IMG/VR virus record: IMGVR_UViG_3300006735_000134
Coordinates: 1-30,649 of that record
Length of the DNA stretch: 30,649 bases
Source of the DNA: a virus
Lineage: Duplodnaviria > Caudoviricetes
Direction: 5' to 3' (one strand)
Part shown: positions 26,243 to 30,649 of the stretch, one piece after another
How the letters are laid out: every line of letters starts with the position of its first letter
How positions within the stretch are numbered: the first letter of the stretch is position 1
The notes under the pieces: model-generated
What the model was told of the DNA's origin: nothing
Database searches by the model: none
What the model saw: the letters and a program-made list of their open reading frames with translations, nothing else
Translations under genes and position numbers: made by a program

Positions 26243-26893
26243 GTGAATGTTTTAGAGTTGTTTGCAGGAAGTTGTACTTTTAGTAAAGAAGCACAAAAAC
26301 TTGGTCACAAAACATTTAGTTCTGACTATCGTCAATTTGGTAATGTTGACTATGTAGTAGACGTTTTTGACTTTGACATCTCTAAAGTTCCATTTAAGCC
26401 AGACTTAATATGGGCGAGTCCACCTTGTACGTCATTTAGTGTTGCAGCACTATGGCGACATTGGGATAAACTAACACCAATAAGTGATAAAGCAAAATAT
26501 GGAGTAAAGATGGTACAAAAGACATTAGATATAATTAATGAATTAAAACCTAAATATTGGTATATGGAAAACCCAAGAGGTAGACTCAGATCATTAGACG
26601 TAGTAAAAGATTTACCTAGAGCAACAATATGGTATTGTCAATATGGTATGACTATGGCTAAACCAACTGATGTATGGACTAACAATCTATATGATCCAAT
26701 GTTCAATACGAATGGTTGGAAACCTAGACCTGAATGTTTTAGTGGCAATAAAGATTGTCATCACGAAAAAACTGATCGTGAAGCAAAGAAAGTAAAACAA
26801 ATGGGATTAAGTCAATTAAGTGGCAATCACAATAGAAGTATATTACCAAAAGAGTTATGCATAGAAATATTAAAACAAAGTAAAGATGATTAA
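26243..26893 (+). CDS. DNA cytosine-C5 methyltransferase (short phage type)
   Basis: Motif I 'LELFAGS', motif IV 'WASPPC', motif VI 'ENP'. Confidence 0.88.
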   Translation: MNVLELFAGSCTFSKEAQKLGHKTFSSDYRQFGNVDYVVDVFDFDISKVPFKPDLIWASPPCTSFSVAALWRHWDKLTPISDKAKYGVKMVQKTLDIINELKPKYWYMENPRGRLRSLDVVKDLPRATIWYCQYGMTMAKPTDVWTNNLYDPMFNTNGWKPRPECFSGNKDCHHEKTDREAKKVKQMGLSQLSGNHNRSILPKELCIEILKQSKDD

Positions 26894-27662
26894 ATTATTA
26901 GACAATTCCGAATGGGATAAAGATGAGTTAAAGTTAAAGATGTATGATGATACATTTTATTATGATTATTTAGGTAATGCTACATTATCTTCAAGTAGTG
27001 CGAAGCCACTATACAAATCACCACAAGCATATAAAAAATATGTTAGAGAGAATATAAGTAATAAGAAAGCAATAAGAGATGGGAAACTATTTCACACTTT
27101 GTTATTAGAAGAACATAAGATAGCAAGTGAATATCTATTTGTAGACTCAAGCACTAGAACTACAAAGAAGTTTAAGGAAGCTGAGATAGAAAATCCAAAC
27201 TTAACAGTAATGACAAATAGAGAACTAGAATCAATAAGTTATTTGATTAGTGTGTTTGAAAACAATATAGAAGCTAGTGAGTATTTAAGAAATGGTGTTG
27301 CTGAGGAACCTGGCATTGATAATATATTTGGCTTTCCTTTTCGTGCTAAAGCTGACTACCTACGATCTGATACGATCATTGATATTAAGACAACACAAAC
27401 TTTAGATGGTTGGGGTTATAAAGCAAAGAAAGTCTATCATACAGACATACAAGCGTACATATATACTAAGATTTTCCAAGTACAAAACTTCGTTTTTTTG
27501 GTTATAGATAAGAGTACAGGAGAGATAAAAGCATTTCCAGTTACTCAAGAAACTTTAGATAACGCTGAACAAAAAGTAAAGAAAGCGTGTGAAACTTATA
27601 AAGATTATGTATATGACAAAACAAAGAACATCAACCAATACCTTACAATCGAGCATTTATAA
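26886..27662 (+). CDS. RecE/exonuclease VIII-like PD-(D/E)xK exonuclease
   Basis: 'LSSS...GKLFHTLLLE...FRAKADYL...IIDIKTT...Y..QAYIY'; likely partner of ERF. Confidence 0.8.
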   Translation: MIKLLDNSEWDKDELKLKMYDDTFYYDYLGNATLSSSSAKPLYKSPQAYKKYVRENISNKKAIRDGKLFHTLLLEEHKIASEYLFVDSSTRTTKKFKEAEIENPNLTVMTNRELESISYLISVFENNIEASEYLRNGVAEEPGIDNIFGFPFRAKADYLRSDTIIDIKTTQTLDGWGYKAKKVYHTDIQAYIYTKIFQVQNFVFLVIDKSTGEIKAFPVTQETLDNAEQKVKKACETYKDYVYDKTKNINQYLTIEHL

Positions 27663-27906
27663 AGAGCAGATAAATCAAAGCTATTACTTGGCTTTAAGAG
27701 ATTTGGTTGCAGGTGTACCATATAAAGATTTAGTAGATGACTTGTACGAATTTGAACAAAAAGAAATGTACGAAGTATGTGCAGGAATACTAAGAGCATT
27801 GAACTATGCAAAAGAAAAAACATATAAGGAAATAAAAATTGAATTAAACGATTATGAGTATAAACACGAACTTAACATTATCACAAATAAAAATCTTAGT
27901 ATCTAA
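27589..27906 (+). CDS. Hypothetical protein (start uncertain; ATG at 27607 or 27613 possible)
   Basis: 'FEQKEMYEVCAGI' UVR-like helical motif; overlaps both neighbours. Confidence 0.55.
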   Translation: MKLIKIMYMTKQRTSTNTLQSSIYKEQINQSYYLALRDLVAGVPYKDLVDDLYEFEQKEMYEVCAGILRALNYAKEKTYKEIKIELNDYEYKHELNIITNKNLSI

Positions 27907-28285
27907 GGATCTGAAGATTAATATAAAGAAGAATACTAGGAATAGAAAGTATGTTTATGGTAGAGCAATTTACTTTAAACTATGTAAGGAATTTACACAC
28001 GCATCTTTAGTAGAGATAGGAGATAGTGTGAATAGAGAACACGCCACAGTGATACACGGGCTAACTGTATTTAATATGATTGCAATGTATAATGATTCTA
28101 TTATACAAACTTACAATAGAGTAAGAGATGTATTATTACAAGAGGGCAATCAAGCACTCAAGAGATATAGTGAGGTACATTATTGGAGAATTAAGTATGA
28201 AGATTTACTTGAGGATTACGATAAGTTGTTACGAGATCATCTTGAACTTGAGAAGAAAGTTAACAATGAAGAGTTAGAGGTTTAG
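27854..28285 (+). CDS. DnaA domain IV-like helix-turn-helix DNA-binding protein
   Basis: 'TRNRKYVYGRAIY...SLVEIGDSVNREHATVIHG' resembles the DnaA C-terminal 'SL..IG..FG.RDHTTV.H' motif. Confidence 0.75.
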   Translation: MSINTNLTLSQIKILVSKDLKINIKKNTRNRKYVYGRAIYFKLCKEFTHASLVEIGDSVNREHATVIHGLTVFNMIAMYNDSIIQTYNRVRDVLLQEGNQALKRYSEVHYWRIKYEDLLEDYDKLLRDHLELEKKVNNEELEV

Positions 28286-28286
28286 T

Positions 28287-28688
28287 ATGGGTAGAAAGCC
28301 AAAGCAATATAAGTACGTAAAATCTAACGATGGACGTAGAAACAATGGTAGAAAAAAAGGTGTACGTAACATTGATGTACTAGATGCAAATAGTTCGTTA
28401 CGAGTAAACAAAGCTAAACGTAATAGGGCTACAATATATACACAAAATGCTATTGCAAAAGTCTTTGGTTCACAAGAAGAATTCTTTGAGTCTATGGCAG
28501 AGTTTGCAAAGAAAGGTTCTTTCAATCACGCTAAACAATTAATGGAATATGGTTTTGGTAAACCTGGCGAGAGCAATGAAGATAATAACAATAAGGTTAA
28601 TATTAATATAAAAAATCTATTCACAGGTAACGAAGAACAAAACACAATAGACATAGATGAAACAACCGAGTCTGAACCAAAAATATAA
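28287..28688 (+). CDS. Putative terminase small subunit
   Basis: Basic N-terminus and 'LMEYGFGKP' motif; directly upstream of and overlapping terL. Confidence 0.55.
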   Translation: MGRKPKQYKYVKSNDGRRNNGRKKGVRNIDVLDANSSLRVNKAKRNRATIYTQNAIAKVFGSQEEFFESMAEFAKKGSFNHAKQLMEYGFGKPGESNEDNNNKVNINIKNLFTGNEEQNTIDIDETTESEPKI

Positions 28689-29862
28689 TGCACTTGGAAA
28701 TGATTCTAGGTATTTTGTAATCACTGGTGGTAGAGGTAGTGGTAAATCATTTGCGATAACCACATTCTTAGCGTTTCTAACGTTTGAACAAGGACATAAG
28801 ATACTATTTACTAGGTACACAATGATTAGTGCGTCAAACTCAATAATCCCTGAGTTCTTAGAGAAGCTACAACTCTATGATATTATGCACCATTTTAGAA
28901 TTACTAAAGATGAAATCTTAAACATAAGTACTGGTAGTTCAATAATATTTAAAGGCATTAGAACAAGTGCTGGTAACCAAACAGCTGCACTTAAATCTAT
29001 AAATGGAATTACTACTTGGGTTCTTGATGAAGCTGAGGAGATGACTAAGGAAGAGGACTTTGATAAGATAGACCAATCAGTCAGATCAAAGAATAAACCT
29101 AATAGGGTTATATTAATATTAAACCCTGCCACTAAAGAGCATTGGATATACCAACGATTCTTTGCTGGTAAAGGAGTTAACACAGGAGTTAATCTATGCG
29201 TAGACAATATTACATATATTCACACAACTTTCAAAGACAATAAGGAAAATCTTTCTGATTCATTTCTTATACAATTAGAAGATATAAGACGTAGACGACC
29301 TGATAGATACAACCATCAAATACTAGGTGGTTGGTTAGACAAAGCTGAGGGTGTTATATTTACTAATTGGAAAGTCGGTGAATTTAATGAGGAAGTAGAT
29401 TATATATATGGACAAGACTTTGGCTTTAGCGTTGATCCAACTGTGCTAATAAAAGTAGGTGTAAGTAAAGCACTAAAGAAGTTATGGATTAAAACAATGT
29501 ATTGTAAACCTGGTATGTCAACACAAGAGATTGGCGAAGCTAATCGTAGGTATGCAGGAGATGATCTGATTATATGTGATAGTGCAGAACCAAGACTAAT
29601 CAATGAACTCAAAGAGTATTGTAATATAAAACCTACCATAAAAAGAAAGGGTTCAATACTAACGGGTATTGCACTTATACAAGACTACGATTTGATTGTA
29701 GACTCAAATAGTCTTGAGCTGATTAAGGAGTTGAACAATTATGTTTGGCACGAAAGAAACACTAAGCCAATACAAAAGTATGACCACCACATAGACTCAT
29801 TACGTTATTGCACACAATACTTTTTAGCTAACGCAAACAAAGGAGTCTACGTTATTCGCTAA
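28657..29862 (+). CDS. terL: Terminase large subunit (PBSX/SPP1-like)
   Basis: Walker A 'GGRGSGKS', Walker B 'WVLDEAEE', 'LNP', nuclease 'GQDFGFSVDP', 'DSAEP', 'DHHIDSLRY'. Confidence 0.95.
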   Translation: MKQPSLNQKYNALGNDSRYFVITGGRGSGKSFAITTFLAFLTFEQGHKILFTRYTMISASNSIIPEFLEKLQLYDIMHHFRITKDEILNISTGSSIIFKGIRTSAGNQTAALKSINGITTWVLDEAEEMTKEEDFDKIDQSVRSKNKPNRVILILNPATKEHWIYQRFFAGKGVNTGVNLCVDNITYIHTTFKDNKENLSDSFLIQLEDIRRRRPDRYNHQILGGWLDKAEGVIFTNWKVGEFNEEVDYIYGQDFGFSVDPTVLIKVGVSKALKKLWIKTMYCKPGMSTQEIGEANRRYAGDDLIICDSAEPRLINELKEYCNIKPTIKRKGSILTGIALIQDYDLIVDSNSLELIKELNNYVWHERNTKPIQKYDHHIDSLRYCTQYFLANANKGVYVIR

Positions 29863-29865
29863 ACT

Positions 29866-29910
29866 TAATTAGGTTCAATATAATTGGGTTCAATACGATA
29901 GGTTATAATA
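29866..29910 (+). repeat. Three tandem 15-bp imperfect repeats (core GGTTCAATA)
   Basis: TAATTAGGTTCAATA / TAATTGGGTTCAATA / CGATAGGTTATAATA; a further GGTTCAATA at 29650-29658. Confidence 0.7.
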
Positions 29911-29992
29911 CCCACAAGCATAAAGCATACACCCATATTATCACGAGTGATGTCCACACTAACGCAAGTATTATTATTTTTTTATATTTCAT
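29903..29992 (-). CDS. Candidate 29-aa single-pass membrane peptide; not in the ORF track
   Basis: MKYKKIIILALVWTSLVIIWVYALCLWVL; a TATATTTG box lies on the same strand 8 nt upstream. Confidence 0.55.
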   Translation of the reverse strand: MKYKKIIILALVWTSLVIIWVYALCLWVL

Positions 29993-30000
29993 TGATCTGA

Positions 30001-30008
30001 CAAATATA
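30001..30008 (-). promoter_or_regulatory. Bacteroidota-type -7 box, leftward
   Basis: CAAATATA on + equals TATATTTG on -. Confidence 0.55.
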
Positions 30009-30027
30009 TATTTTTATTGTACATAAG

Positions 30028-30058
30028 TTGTATATAACTCTATTTTTTTTTATCTTAG
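30028..30058 (+). promoter_or_regulatory. Candidate early promoter TTG-N20-TATCTTAG
   Basis: TTG at 30028-30030 and TATCTTAG at 30051-30058 (one mismatch to TAnnTTTG), canonical spacing, upstream of ATG 30082. Confidence 0.55.
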
Positions 30059-30081
30059 TAGTCTAATTTAAAACTATTATT

Positions 30082-30649
30082 ATGAGAATTTATATATTAC
30101 ATACTACAAGTAATCTACAAGATTACAACGACCACCAAGTATTTACATCTTGGAAAGAAGTCGTAACTAAATTTCAAGAACTAGTTAAAAATGCTAGAGC
30201 TGAAGCTAATGAAATCTATACTGATGAGTATACTGAGTTCTATTTTGATGGATCTGAGGGTAGCGAAAAGATTTATATTACTGAACACAATGTATATGAT
30301 AACGAAAGATATGCTAGACAATGTAGCATTACTGATGAGGGAATGAATCAAGGTTGGATAGATGAAGATACAGGAGTATATTTCAAGTATAAAAAAGACG
30401 CTGTGCAATATGTAAAAAACTTAATGATGAATACATATGAATCAGAGGGCGATAGTGCATTTGATATTGATAAATATAAAAAAGATGATGACATCATAGA
30501 TGTTGGATTTAACCATTACAACTTTTATTGGACATCTTGGGAAGATGAAGCTGACCTACAATATAAATTAGTTGATGGAGAACTAATAGAAGATGAGGAA
30601 TATATGGAAGACCAACAAGCAAAGTTTGAATACAATTTAGAACAAGCAA
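30082..30649 (+). CDS. Acidic hypothetical (probable early) protein, 3'-truncated by the window
   Basis: Open frame MRIYILHTTSNLQDYNDHQVF...YARQCSITDEGMNQGW...EDEEYMEDQQAKFEYNLEQA runs off the window; absent from the track because no stop codon is present. Confidence 0.75.
   Translation, partial: MRIYILHTTSNLQDYNDHQVFTSWKEVVTKFQELVKNARAEANEIYTDEYTEFYFDGSEGSEKIYITEHNVYDNERYARQCSITDEGMNQGWIDEDTGVYFKYKKDAVQYVKNLMMNTYESEGDSAFDIDKYKKDDDIIDVGFNHYNFYWTSWEDEADLQYKLVDGELIEDEEYMEDQQAKFEYNLEQA

Noticed and set aside
29866-29910. Mini CRISPR array
   Set aside because: The units are 15 bp, abut each other without spacers, and no cas genes are present.
5030-30408. Minus-strand ORFs in the track (e.g. 5030-5215, 7095-7391, 10155-10388, 10533-10778, 11491-11802, 15406-15696, 22815-23138, 28875-29207, 30181-30408)
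   Set aside because: All overlap well-supported + strand genes, lack recognisable motifs and read as antisense shadows.
1-30649. Stop-codon reassignment as in some Bacteroidota phages
   Set aside because: Genes tile the window at high density under the standard code, and both TAG and TGA end genes at sensible coupled junctions.
1-30649. tRNA genes, introns/inteins, integrase or repressor
   Set aside because: No cloverleaf was recognised in the few intergenic gaps; terL, capsid and helicase are uninterrupted and of normal length; no recombinase or CI-like motif was seen. Lifestyle cannot be determined from this window.

Overview
The window is about 30.6 kb of an AT-rich (roughly 30% GC by eye), tailed dsDNA phage genome, probably siphovirus-like. 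Nearly all genes lie on the + strand and many are translationally coupled (TAATG/ATGA overlaps). The host is inferred to be Bacteroidota, probably aquatic Flavobacteriia, from TAnnTTTG -7 promoter boxes, AT-rich leaders lacking Shine-Dalgarno sequences, and the gene families present. Gene order: tail/baseplate proteins, tape measure, XkdF-like prohead protease, scaffold, decoration protein, major capsid, major tail, portal, adaptor, fibres, lysis cassette, Mom-like DNA modifier, recombination/replication genes, ECF-like sigma factor, nucleases, C5 methyltransferase, terminase, and the start of a probable early region. No integrase, DNA polymerase, tRNA or CRISPR array was recognised. Main observations: (1) the heptamer TCAGATC/GATCTGA occurs about once per kb in both orientations (31 copies by manual count, about 3 expected), often through otherwise rare codons; (2) an ECF-type AACA-N15/16-GTTATA promoter motif sits before structural genes and plausibly belongs to the phage's own sigma factor; (3) two antisense host-type promoters are present, one facing a hairpin/polypurine tract and one facing an uncalled 29-aa membrane peptide; (4) two virion proteins carry His/Cys/His/Met cupredoxin-like motifs; (5) several small ORFs are missing from the track, including an amphipathic cationic peptide in the lysis cassette. 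All functional calls come from motif recognition by eye; no searches were run.
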